Shown in pieces: positions 54,907 to 63,253 of a stretch of 64,000 nt of DNA. The notes beneath the pieces are model-generated. The model ran no database searches and had not been told where the DNA came from. It was given only the letters and a program-made list of their open reading frames with translations. Both the position numbers and the translations under genes were made by a program. The stretch's first letter is position 1; each line of letters opens with the position of its first letter. The stretch lies in NCBI GenBank assembly GCA_964562855.1, contig CAZLVB010000001.1, positions 3,614 through 67,613 on the forward strand, read 5' to 3'. Source of the stretch: an uncultured Gammaproteobacteria bacterium (lineage in GTDB: Bacteria; Patescibacteriota; Microgenomatia; Curtissbacterales; GWA2-41-24).

Positions 54907-55551
54907 CGCGGGAATGACGGGGTTTCGCGACATAATCTTAACTGCTCCCTGCCTTAAAATTTTTGGTGGACTGACTGTTGCATCCACAACAGTCGATTCG
55001 ATTCCTTTTTGGCATTCACCAGAAATAGTCATGTCAGCGAGCTCAATAAGTTTAGGGTCAAGATCTTTAAACCTTGTGAGAGGCTTTTGACCATGAAAGT
55101 TGGCGGAAGTACCAATGATCGGGATGCCAATTCGATCTATCATTGATTTTACCAAATTCGAATCAGGCATTCGAAAGCCCATTTTGTCTTTTGTGATTTG
55201 ACTTTCAAGAATTACGGTTAACGCTCCGGGCCAATATTTTTTAATTAGCTTTTTGGCAGTCTCACTAATAATTGCCAGTTTTTCTACTTGGGTAATATTT
55301 GAGACTAAAATCGGGAAGGGCTGATCCCCGGGCGTACCTTTAATTTGATAAATACGATCAACTGCTGTCTGATTATCAAATCGGCAGCCGATTCCATAAA
55401 CGGTATCAGTAGGGAAAATGACAACTCCCCCATTCTTCAAGATGGTGGCGGCTTTCTCAAGATCCCTCCCTCTCGCTCCGCTCGAGGTCAGGATGACAGA
55501 AGAGTTTTTTGAAATTTTAAACCCTCCTGTCAATTTTGAAGAGTCTCTCAT
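54853..55551 (-). CDS. tsaC: L-threonylcarbamoyladenylate synthase (TsaC/YrdC)
   Basis: 232 aa; GGVVIFPTDTVYGIGC YrdC motif. The C-terminal about 25 aa (PAPAKGGSASGGKAGIYSG) are encoded by a GC-rich hairpin region and may not be native. Confidence 0.75.
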   Translation of the reverse strand: MRDSSKLTGGFKISKNSSVILTSSGARGRDLEKAATILKNGGVVIFPTDTVYGIGCRFDNQTAVDRIYQIKGTPGDQPFPILVSNITQVEKLAIISETAKKLIKKYWPGALTVILESQITKDKMGFRMPDSNLVKSMIDRIGIPIIGTSANFHGQKPLTRFKDLDPKLIELADMTISGECQKGIESTVVDATVSPPKILRQGAVKIMSRNPVIPAPAKGGSASGGKAGIYSG

Positions 55552-55960
55552 TTTCTGAAAGTGATTTTATAGAAATATCGATTCTTTTTTTGGGCAAAAA
55601 CTTTTTAATTTTCTCTGCCCATTCAACAGCTACAATAGTGTCAGAGTTGAACAGTTCTTCCAGTCCAAGATTTGTAAAATCATCTGCTTCTGATCTGTAT
55701 AAATCCAAATGGTGAAAAGTTAATTTTTTGGCTTGTATCATTATAGGATAGGACCTTAAAATTACAAAAGTCGGAGAAAGAACTCTAGTTTTTACACCCA
55801 GGCTCTTTGCTAATGCCTGAACAAAGATAGTTTTGCCTGCACCTAAATCTCCATACAGGGCGATAGTTTCACCGCCTTTGAGAGTATTTGCAATTTTTTT
55901 GGCTATCTGGTGTGTTTGATATGCTGATCGAGTTTTAACTTCCATATGATATATGCACAA
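55517..55960 (-). CDS. tsaE: tRNA threonylcarbamoyladenosine biosynthesis ATPase TsaE
   Basis: 147 aa; GDLGAGKT P-loop, SPTF and HLDLYR motifs. The real start may be the internal Met at about 55945. Confidence 0.75.
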   Translation of the reverse strand: MCIYHMEVKTRSAYQTHQIAKKIANTLKGGETIALYGDLGAGKTIFVQALAKSLGVKTRVLSPTFVILRSYPIMIQAKKLTFHHLDLYRSEADDFTNLGLEELFNSDTIVAVEWAEKIKKFLPKKRIDISIKSLSENERLFKIDRRV

Positions 55961-56298
55961 ATATTAGCACCGGTTATGTCAAAACCCAAATCATATAGAG
56001 CCATGTTTCTGCCCGGGACTAGGCTTTGATGATACTCATCTGAAACAGCATAAGCTAAAGTCAGAACGAACGAGACAATATAATTTTTTTGAGTCGCCCT
56101 AAACAATAGAAAGAACAGGATCGCGTATTCTGTTACATGAGCGATTTTCTTTGCGACAAAGTCCCATAAAAAGAATTGGCTCACGGAAATTTGTGGAATC
56201 GATGAAAATATAAAAATTACTACCGCCCATAAAATAACAGGCAGCCATCTTGAGGCTGCCGATTTGGCGTTTATGAGATTTGCAAGTTGTTTTCTCAA
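55903..56298 (-). CDS. VanZ-like membrane protein
   Basis: 131 aa, four predicted TM helices, conserved SDEYHQSLVPGR-type motif of the VanZ family. Confidence 0.5.
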   Translation of the reverse strand: MRKQLANLINAKSAASRWLPVILWAVVIFIFSSIPQISVSQFFLWDFVAKKIAHVTEYAILFFLLFRATQKNYIVSFVLTLAYAVSDEYHQSLVPGRNMALYDLGFDITGANICAYIIWKLKLDQHIKHTR

Positions 56299-57191
56299 TT
56301 TATATCTTTGCCCTCTTCTTTGTTATGTTCCTTATTTAAAGTCTTATTGTAAAGGACAAAGAAGCCAATTGACAAACCAATAAGAGTAACACCGGAGCCG
56401 GTTAACATAGCGGCAATTTTTGTTTTAGAAGATCCTTTTTGCTCCTCACTTGAGGTTGACTGTATCGGAGAGGCTTCCGGCGTAGAAGCCAGTAACAATT
56501 GCTCCTCTGTTTTATTCCCTAATACTTGGCTTGGAGTACTAATCGGTGTAGATTTTGCAACTGCTGCCGACGGTTTTGGTGTCGGCGTCGGGGATTTTGT
56601 TGAAGATGTTTGATTCGTGGAAGTTGGAGCAGGAGTTGGTGATGGTGACGGAGTGGGCATAGGTACTTGCTCAAAGGTAAAATTATCAAAATAAGCAATT
56701 GTTTGGGTAGTCGAAGAGAAAGCAGCAACTCCCTTAACTCTTGCTGAGTTGGCAGCATCCGGCGCGATTATAGCTTCGGTTGAGAGTAACTGATAAGAAG
56801 AGTTATTTTCTGTCAGCGTTATTGTTGAATCGTTATGGCTCAATTCTGAACCGCTGCCATTTGATGAAGAGTACCAAGCCACCCGTAATAAGATAGATGC
56901 AATATTATTATCATTTTTTAAGACGTAGCCAGAAAACGCATATGCTAGCCCTCCCGTTACTGGAATAATTTGATAAATCCATTTTGTACTTTGAGTCGAA
57001 CTTATAAATTTGGCTGCACTACTGCCGTTGTTAACCGGACTTGATGTAACTTGTAGATCACCACCATATTTTGACCAATTATTAATACCATCCTCAAAAT
57101 CCGCATTCGATAAAAGATTAGCAGCAAAAACTGTCTGGTGAAAAAATAGAAAAAGTACAAGAGCAAAAAGATAGGCAACTCTTTTGGGCAT
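56295..57191 (-). CDS. secreted, membrane-anchored surface protein with a CBM-like beta-sandwich domain and a Pro/Thr/Ser-rich linker
   Basis: 298 aa; signal peptide MPKRVAYLFALVLFLFFHQTVFA; NADFEDGINNWSKYGG...FDNFTF CBM4/9-like motifs; PMPTPSPSPTPAPTSTNQTSSTKSPTPTPKPS linker; C-terminal TM helix and basic tail. Confidence 0.55.
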   Translation of the reverse strand: MPKRVAYLFALVLFLFFHQTVFAANLLSNADFEDGINNWSKYGGDLQVTSSPVNNGSSAAKFISSTQSTKWIYQIIPVTGGLAYAFSGYVLKNDNNIASILLRVAWYSSSNGSGSELSHNDSTITLTENNSSYQLLSTEAIIAPDAANSARVKGVAAFSSTTQTIAYFDNFTFEQVPMPTPSPSPTPAPTSTNQTSSTKSPTPTPKPSAAVAKSTPISTPSQVLGNKTEEQLLLASTPEASPIQSTSSEEQKGSSKTKIAAMLTGSGVTLIGLSIGFFVLYNKTLNKEHNKEEGKDIN

Positions 57192-57194
57192 TAG

Positions 57195-57230
57195 CCCAAA
57201 AAATATAGTTTTTGGTAAGCTTTGTCAATG
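57195..57230 (-). promoter_or_regulatory. sigma70-like promoter for surface-protein gene 56295..57191 (TTGACA, 15-17 nt spacer, TATATT/TATTTT)
   Basis: Minus strand: cattgacaaagcttaccaaaaactatattttttgggctaATG. The -35 is a perfect TTGACA at + coordinates 57223-57228. Confidence 0.35.
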
Positions 57231-57301
57231 ATCAAGTACTGCAAACAAAAATTCCATTTTTTCGCTATGGCGAGTTTTTGGAATATTTTTTCGCCTTAGA
57301 G

Positions 57302-58450
57302 TTACGGAATGTGCCAGTAGAGGGTGACAACATCATTACCATGATCAACTATCACCCCTTTTCCAACAGTACCAGTTAGGTCGCAGGATGCGGTGTCTGA
57401 AGCGCGGTATGCTGTTCCCCCTTCAGCAGCATAAATGGGTCGTCCCCAAGTAGGTCCTTCACTAAAAGGATAAGCGAAATCTATGCCGGTGTGTATGCCT
57501 CGAAAATAGGGTTCGGCAAATTTTGTAGTAATTATGCTACCAGGCAAAGGGTGCTGAAATCTCCCACTATTAATATAGTCCATCGGATTCACTTTATTTT
57601 GCATACCGATAACTTTGCCACCTTCCACTTTAGCAGGAGTCATAACTTCAAAATGGAGATGCGGCCCAGTCGAACAACCTGTATTGCCAACGAAAGCTAT
57701 AACATCACTCCGATCGACAGGACCAACTTTTACGCCGACATTTCCAAGGGCTCTAGCAATTGAAGCAGCGTCTGCCTGAAGTTTGCGCAGTTCTTCTTGA
57801 TATTTCTTCTCATCGTTCTGAGTGATTCTTAAAAAGTCGTCCTTTTCCCTTTTTTGGCTGGCTAGAAGTACGTTGGCGGCATCTAACTTTTTCTTAGCTT
57901 CTTCAATTTGCGTCTGTTTGTCTTCTCTGTCTTCTTTCTGATTGCTGTAGTTTGCCTTCGTCGACTGCAGGTCTGCCAAAATCTTCTTGTCATTTTCCTG
58001 TACTTGTTTAACGTACTGAAGCCTAAGTATCAGATCAGAAAAATCGCGGGAAGTTAAAAGGAGTTCGATATTAGAGACAAAACTTTGCTGGTATGTTGCA
58101 ACAATACGCTGTTTTAAAAGAACCTCAAGTCTGTTAACCGAATCGGTAATGTAGCCGATTCTAAAACCTAAGACTCCTATTTCTTTTTCCAGCTGATCAA
58201 TTTTGGCCTGGGCTTCTTCGATCCTCAGCTCCGTAAGCTTGATTTGGCTGTTGATAAACGTTATTTGCTCAGCCAAGTCGCGTTCTGTCTTTTGAAGTTC
58301 TGAAATCTTCGCAGAGACTTCGGCTATCTTCTTCTGAATTTCCTGGTATTTATCGACTTCTGATTGAGCGAAAACAGCGACCGCGAAAAAAGAACTTATG
58401 AGTATAATTAAAAGCAGCAGGAAAATCTTGGGCAGAAACTTTTTGACCAT
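57302..58450 (-). CDS. M23 family metallopeptidase with N-terminal coiled coil (EnvC/PcsB/RipC-like FtsEX-associated hydrolase)
   Basis: 382 aa; signal anchor, about 200 aa of heptad-rich coiled coil, then a C-terminal M23 domain with an HxxxD motif (HTGIDF) and GNTGCSTGPHLHFEV. Confidence 0.7.
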   Translation of the reverse strand: MVKKFLPKIFLLLLIILISSFFAVAVFAQSEVDKYQEIQKKIAEVSAKISELQKTERDLAEQITFINSQIKLTELRIEEAQAKIDQLEKEIGVLGFRIGYITDSVNRLEVLLKQRIVATYQQSFVSNIELLLTSRDFSDLILRLQYVKQVQENDKKILADLQSTKANYSNQKEDREDKQTQIEEAKKKLDAANVLLASQKREKDDFLRITQNDEKKYQEELRKLQADAASIARALGNVGVKVGPVDRSDVIAFVGNTGCSTGPHLHFEVMTPAKVEGGKVIGMQNKVNPMDYINSGRFQHPLPGSIITTKFAEPYFRGIHTGIDFAYPFSEGPTWGRPIYAAEGGTAYRASDTASCDLTGTVGKGVIVDHGNDVVTLYWHIP

Positions 58451-58460
58451 ATTTTAAATT

Positions 58461-59336
58461 TTACCTAACTTTTAAATATCTGAACAAGGCAATCGTGGCG
58501 CCGGCAATTCCCACAAATGCGGCGACTAATGCCTCTCCTGCCCAAAGATAGACAAAGAAAAGAGGGCTAATTGGGAAAACCTCTATGGGGCTTAGAATCT
58601 TTTGAATATTCGGTGAATAAAATAAAAGAAGCGAATACGTGATAGTTGTAGCTAGTGTTGCACCAATAATTCCATAGATTGCCCCTTCTATAAAAAATGG
58701 CCTTGCAATATACCATTTCGTTGCGCCTACTAAACTCATTATAGAAATTTCGTCACGACGGATAGCAATTCTCATACCTACTACCATTATTATTATAAGG
58801 AAGGAAACAGCGGTTAGGCTCGCAATAAAGACGATACCTCCAATTTTCAAAACATTTAAAGTCCTGCTTAAACCTTCCGCAGCCTGCTCAGAAAGACTAA
58901 CAACCTGATCAACTTCCTCTCTGCTCTCAACCGCCTTTTTAATTTCTATGATGCCTTCTGGTTTTGTAACCGCAATCTGAATTGACCTTGGAAGAAAATC
59001 TGAAGTTACCGATTCGAGCAGTTGAGGATCATTTTTAAATCTTTCTCGGTAAATTGCCAGAGCTTCCTCTTTGGAAATCACTTTTATCTCTTTAGAAAAC
59101 CCGGTATTTCTTACGATTTCAATAGTTTGCGAAATTTGGGAATCATTTGCTTCATCTTTGAAAAATACATTTACTTCTGGCCGCTCCTGAAGATCTTTGA
59201 GAACCAATTGACCACCAAAAATCAAGATTACAAAGATGGAAGAAACAAAGAATGTCAAAGACATAGCAAGGGCCGCCGCCAGTGCTTGATATGGGCTGCG
59301 CCTGAGAAGTTTTATCGTTTTTTTAACCTGATTCAT
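58461..59336 (-). CDS. ftsX: cell division ABC transporter permease FtsX
   Basis: 291 aa; N-terminal TM helix, periplasmic domain, three C-terminal TM helices. Immediately downstream of ftsE with a 14-nt overlap. Confidence 0.7.
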   Translation of the reverse strand: MNQVKKTIKLLRRSPYQALAAALAMSLTFFVSSIFVILIFGGQLVLKDLQERPEVNVFFKDEANDSQISQTIEIVRNTGFSKEIKVISKEEALAIYRERFKNDPQLLESVTSDFLPRSIQIAVTKPEGIIEIKKAVESREEVDQVVSLSEQAAEGLSRTLNVLKIGGIVFIASLTAVSFLIIIMVVGMRIAIRRDEISIMSLVGATKWYIARPFFIEGAIYGIIGATLATTITYSLLLFYSPNIQKILSPIEVFPISPLFFVYLWAGEALVAAFVGIAGATIALFRYLKVR

Positions 59337-60009
59337 ATTTACCTTCTTTTTCGTCTTTTGTTAATTTACCCTCTTCGAGAACCACAACCCTCTTTTTAAA
59401 ATGGTTGACTATCGATGCATTGTGCGTTGCCATTAAAACAGTAGTTTTGTCTTCCTTATTTATTTTATCCAAAAGCGAGACTACGCTCAAAGCGGTTTTG
59501 GGGTCAAGATCGGCTGTTGGCTCATCTGCAAGAAGTATTTGCGGATTTGAAATTATGGCCCTGGCAATCGCCGTTCTTTGAACTTCGCCGCCGGAAAGCT
59601 CTGCCGGGAATCTTTCTGCTTTTTCCAAAAGTCCGACTTTATCAAGCACACCGGATACCTCCTTTTCGATATCAGATTCCTTTTTGGAGAGAACTTCCAA
59701 AGGCAGTGCTACATTTTCAAAAACCGTCCTTGTTAAAAGTAACTTAAAATCTTGAAACACTGTGCCTATCTGTCTTCGCAGGCCGGGAATTTTTGCTTGG
59801 GGAAGTAAAAAGATGTCTTCGTCACCAATTAAAATTCTGCCACTTGTCGGTGAAATTTCCCTAGTTATTAATTTCAAAAGCGTGGATTTTCCAGCACCAC
59901 TTGGTCCAACAATAAAAACGAATTCTCCATCGGTAATTTTTAGGTCAACATCCTCTAAGGCAATTTGATCACCTGCGTATTTTTTTGTAACAGCTTCGAA
60001 TTTAAGCAT
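59323..60009 (-). CDS. ftsE: cell division ABC transporter ATP-binding protein FtsE
   Basis: 228 aa; Walker A GPSGAGKST, ABC signature LSGGEVQR, Walker B ILLADEPT. Confidence 0.85.
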   Translation of the reverse strand: MLKFEAVTKKYAGDQIALEDVDLKITDGEFVFIVGPSGAGKSTLLKLITREISPTSGRILIGDEDIFLLPQAKIPGLRRQIGTVFQDFKLLLTRTVFENVALPLEVLSKKESDIEKEVSGVLDKVGLLEKAERFPAELSGGEVQRTAIARAIISNPQILLADEPTADLDPKTALSVVSLLDKINKEDKTTVLMATHNASIVNHFKKRVVVLEEGKLTKDEKEGKYESG

Positions 60010-60026
60010 GGGGCAGTAGCGTATAG

Positions 60027-60503
60027 TTAATCGACAACTTCAACTTTACCAACATCCATAAGCCAGCCAACCTGGGAAGAGCCAAATGTCTCACCAAAAA
60101 CCTTTACTTTTTTGCCCATGTATTCGTCAAGATCCAGAACGCTTGACGTCAGATAAGCGGTCTGGCTTTCTCCCCCCGGCCTGATCAGGCGATGAGTGCC
60201 CTGAGCATACTTGTCGAGCTTGTCATTTTTTTCCACAACCCCTTCTGTCTCGTCCCTAAAAGTCTGGTTAAAGGATTGTTTCTGCTCGCCTGTTAATGTT
60301 TCCTCTGAAAGTGCGGCTTTTTGAGTTTCTGCAGCTATTTTTTTTCTGGATGATAATACTAATCCCGAAAAAATTCCTGCTGCTATTACTACAAAAATAA
60401 TGAATATAGGTAAAAATTTAGCCGTTAAATTTGCCCTTTGGGGAACTTTTCTGAGAAGTGATGTGACCGGTGAAGTTTTTGCTAGATTTTGATCATCTGT
60501 CAT
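60027..60503 (-). CDS. hypothetical membrane-anchored protein
   Basis: 158 aa; a single TM helix (FLPIFIIFVVIAAGIFSGLVL) followed by a charged extracytoplasmic domain. No family recognised. Confidence 0.4.
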   Translation of the reverse strand: MTDDQNLAKTSPVTSLLRKVPQRANLTAKFLPIFIIFVVIAAGIFSGLVLSSRKKIAAETQKAALSEETLTGEQKQSFNQTFRDETEGVVEKNDKLDKYAQGTHRLIRPGGESQTAYLTSSVLDLDEYMGKKVKVFGETFGSSQVGWLMDVGKVEVVD

Positions 60504-60545
60504 TTTAGATATTTTGGTTCCCAGTAATTATATCAGCACTAAGCT
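60504..60545 (-). promoter_or_regulatory. extended -10 promoter (GTGCTGATATAAT) 22 nt upstream of the ATG of 60027..60503
   Basis: Minus strand: gcttaGTGCTGATATAATtactgggaaccaaaatatctaaATG. The same TGATATAAT core occurs at 24084-24110 and 43021-43045. Confidence 0.45.
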
Positions 60546-60579
60546 TAGAGCGACAACTATTTAGGTGTTAAGCGAAAGC

Positions 60580-61668
60580 TCACTTTTGCCCTAGGGTAAG
60601 CTCCTTCTTTATAAACTCTTCAAGATCACCATCCAATACTTGTTGTGCCTGCGTAGTTTCGTAACCCGTTCTTAAATCCTTAACAAGTTTATATGGATGT
60701 AAAACATAAGACCTGATTTGATTACCCCAGCCTGGCGTGACATGGCTGCCTTTTATCTTTTCTTTTTTCTCTTTTTCTTCTTTCTGCGCCAGGACCCAAA
60801 GCTTGGCTTTCAAGAGTTTTAAGGCGTTTTCCCTGTTTTGCGCCTGATATCTTTGAGTTTGGCAAGTTACGGTGATGCCGGTGGGGATGTGCTTTAGGCG
60901 GACAGCGGTAGATACCTTGTTAACATTTTGGCCTCCATGACCTCCCGATCTAAAGGCCTCAAACTCTAAATCTTCCGGCTTAATATCAATATCCTCAATT
61001 TCTTCGATTTGTGGCATAATTTCCACTAGGGCAAAAGACGTTTGTCTTAAATTAGCAGAATTAAACGGGGATTGTCTGACTAGGCGATGGACACCGGCCT
61101 CTGACTTGAGTAGTCCGTAGGCATAATCCTCATTGATATTAACTGAAACAGTTTTAAAACCGGCCTCTTCACCGGGTACTTCGTCAATTAATTCATAATT
61201 CCAGTCCTTTTGAGTAAAATATTTTTGGTACATACGGGCAAGCATGGCCACCCAATCCATTGCCTCCACTCCTCCCTGCCCGGCATGAATCGATAAGATT
61301 GCAGAATTTGCGTCGTATGGGCCAGAAAGAAACATTTTCTCCTCTAAATCAACAATTTTGTTTTCAAGGCCTTTCATCTCTTTTGTGAGATCGCTTAAAC
61401 CTTGTTCATCGGCAACTTCTATGAGAGTTTTAAGATCGGCAAGCTCCTTGTTTAATGAATCATATTTTTCTATCTCTCCTGTCAGGCTGGCTATTTTTCT
61501 CATCACTTCCTGTGCTTTTTGATGGTTTTTCCAAAACCCAGGCGAAAGTGATTCTGTTTCCAAATTCTTCAATTGATTTTGAGCCTGATCGCGCTTAAAG
61601 CTTTGTTTAATCCGTGTGTAGCGATCTTCCAGTTCTTGTAACTTTTGTATAAAATCCATAGCAGCCAA
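60580..61668 (-). CDS. prfB: peptide chain release factor 2
   Basis: SPF tripeptide ([15 protein letters not shown]) and GGQ motif ([12 protein letters not shown]). A single uninterrupted frame with no programmed +1 frameshift site. The ATG at 61659 is the likely true start because TATAAT overlaps the TTG at 61668. Confidence 0.85.
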   Translation of the reverse strand: MAAMDFIQKLQELEDRYTRIKQSFKRDQAQNQLKNLETESLSPGFWKNHQKAQEVMRKIASLTGEIEKYDSLNKELADLKTLIEVADEQGLSDLTKEMKGLENKIVDLEEKMFLSGPYDANSAILSIHAGQGGVEAMDWVAMLARMYQKYFTQKDWNYELIDEVPGEEAGFKTVSVNINEDYAYGLLKSEAGVHRLVRQSPFNSANLRQTSFALVEIMPQIEEIEDIDIKPEDLEFEAFRSGGHGGQNVNKVSTAVRLKHIPTGITVTCQTQRYQAQNRENALKLLKAKLWVLAQKEEKEKKEKIKGSHVTPGWGNQIRSYVLHPYKLVKDLRTGYETTQAQQVLDGDLEEFIKKELTLGQK

Positions 61669-61695
61669 TTATACAGCAAAAAACTGCTGAAACAT
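61657..61695 (-). promoter_or_regulatory. prfB promoter: TGCTGTATAAT with -10 ending 8 nt before ATG 61659 (leaderless), preceded by small hairpin CAGCagttttttGCTG
   Basis: Minus strand: ttcagcagttttttgctgTATAATtggctgctATGgatttt. TATAAT overlaps the TTG used as start by the ORF track, which supports ATG 61659 as the true start. Confidence 0.45.
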
Positions 61696-61710
61696 GAGCT
61701 TTAGGGAGCT

Positions 61711-62487
61711 TTATATACGGCTAAAAAACAGAAAAAGGATAATGCCTGCCGCTATTCGGTAGAATATAAAGGGGTAAAGTGATTTTGCCGAAAGATATTT
61801 TAAAAAATACTTAATAGTTAAAAACCCGAAAACACCAGACGAGATTATGCCGACTACAAAAAAGTTGAGATCAGCTTGATTAATCCCGGAAAGTATTGCT
61901 TCAAGAAATTTTTTTGCACCGGCTGCGGCAACTATTGGGCCAGAAAGCATAAAGGCAAATTTAGCCGCTTCGTCTCGCCGCAGTCCGATAAAAAGACCTG
62001 CAGATATAGTTGAGCCAGATCTGGAAATACCAGGAATTAAAGCAAGAGCTTGAAACATACCAATTACGAGTGAATGCAAAGGCGAAACCTTTCCATATTT
62101 CTCATACTTTTTTCCGTAATTCTCGGCCAAAAATAAGACAATACTAAATAAAATAAGACTTGCGGCTACAATCCATATTTGACGAAAAGAAGTATTGATC
62201 AAATCTTCTAAGAAAAAGCCGGCAATGGCTGCCGGAATTGTTCCTATTGCCAACTTTAGCATTAAGCCATTTCGGAGTTTAAAAGCCTCTAGGTAATTTT
62301 TCCAAAAAAATAAGAGCACAGCTAAGAGCGTACCTAAATGCAGTGAGGCATCAAAGGCAAGACCAAAATCCTGTTGTGAAATACCGAATATTTTTTCGAA
62401 AATAATTAGGTGGCCGGTTGAAGAAACGGGCAAAAATTCGGTCAAACCCTGGATGGCACCGGCCAGTATTGCTAAAAGGTAGGTCAC
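61711..62487 (-). CDS. uppP: undecaprenyl-diphosphate phosphatase
   Basis: 258 aa; LTEFLPVSSTGHLIIF and PGISRSGSTI BacA/UppP motifs. Confidence 0.85.
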   Translation of the reverse strand: MTYLLAILAGAIQGLTEFLPVSSTGHLIIFEKIFGISQQDFGLAFDASLHLGTLLAVLLFFWKNYLEAFKLRNGLMLKLAIGTIPAAIAGFFLEDLINTSFRQIWIVAASLILFSIVLFLAENYGKKYEKYGKVSPLHSLVIGMFQALALIPGISRSGSTISAGLFIGLRRDEAAKFAFMLSGPIVAAAGAKKFLEAILSGINQADLNFFVVGIISSGVFGFLTIKYFLKYLSAKSLYPFIFYRIAAGIILFLFFSRI

Positions 62488-62534
62488 GCATCCTTTATGA
62501 TGCCAGAGTCTCCAAGCCTAAGTCAAAATGTTAT

Positions 62535-63197
62535 TTACTGGTGGACGACGACTCTGGTGCCAACACTTGCCCAATTAAAAACAACACCGGCTTCTTCCGG
62601 TTTCATATTGATGCAGCCATGGCTCATTGGCTGTCCGAAATTACTATGCCAGTATGCACCGTGAATGCCGTAGCCCCTATAGTAATACATGGTATAGGGC
62701 ACATTGGGCAGATTATAATATGTACCCAGCGCTTTAGAGCCACCTTTCATCCTGGTGTACCTTAGTTTTGTCCAAATTGTCCACTGGCCTGTCGGTGTAG
62801 GAGCCCACTTGCCGGAAGAGATCAGAAAATTGCCCACAGTATTCGTGCCTTCTTTCATGTATAGTTTCTGCTCGGAAAGATCAACTTCTATCCATTTTTC
62901 AGCCGGATTCGTCTGTATACCTAAAACATCTGATCTTAGTGTTGCAACTGTATCTTTGAAAGGTACTTGTTTGTTTAAAAAGACGGCGGCATTTTCGCTA
63001 TTTAATTCTTGCGATTGGCTTTTAATGAAACTTTGATAATCGTTTTGCGAAATGTTATTTAAATTAATGCCCAACTTTAAACCAAGATGCTGATAAGTGG
63101 AGTAGATTTGCCTTTTTACCGGTGAGATAGCTATCAGAAAAAGTGCGAGGACAATAATTAGCCCTGAAATTGCACTAAACCCCTTGGCAGTTGGCAT
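62535..63197 (-). CDS. L,D-transpeptidase (YkuD domain) with N-terminal membrane anchor
   Basis: 220 aa; catalytic GIHGAYWHSNFGQPMSHGCINM motif with the H-x-n-S/T-H-G-C signature. Confidence 0.75.
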   Translation of the reverse strand: MPTAKGFSAISGLIIVLALFLIAISPVKRQIYSTYQHLGLKLGINLNNISQNDYQSFIKSQSQELNSENAAVFLNKQVPFKDTVATLRSDVLGIQTNPAEKWIEVDLSEQKLYMKEGTNTVGNFLISSGKWAPTPTGQWTIWTKLRYTRMKGGSKALGTYYNLPNVPYTMYYYRGYGIHGAYWHSNFGQPMSHGCINMKPEEAGVVFNWASVGTRVVVHQ

Positions 63198-63253
63198 TTA
63201 ACTTAGTATTAGAAAAAATCTCGTCCAAAGTCAAATGTCAGCTGATTTTTAGC

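Noticed and set aside
54790-54930. tRNA or other known RNA gene in the GC-rich hairpin cluster
   Set aside because: There is no cloverleaf: no 7-bp acceptor stem with matching 3' end and no T-loop GTTCRANYC. The stems are consecutive independent hairpins, so it is reported as a structured element rather than an RNA gene.
61666-61668. TTG start of prfB as given by the ORF track
   Set aside because: A TATAAT -10 element overlaps this codon. The in-frame ATG at 61659 lies 8 nt downstream of the -10 and matches the leaderless pattern seen at other genes.
60580-61668. Programmed +1 frameshift in prfB
   Set aside because: The full-length 362-aa RF2 is encoded in one frame from the start, with no in-frame UGA near codon 25 and no SD-like CUU UGA C context.
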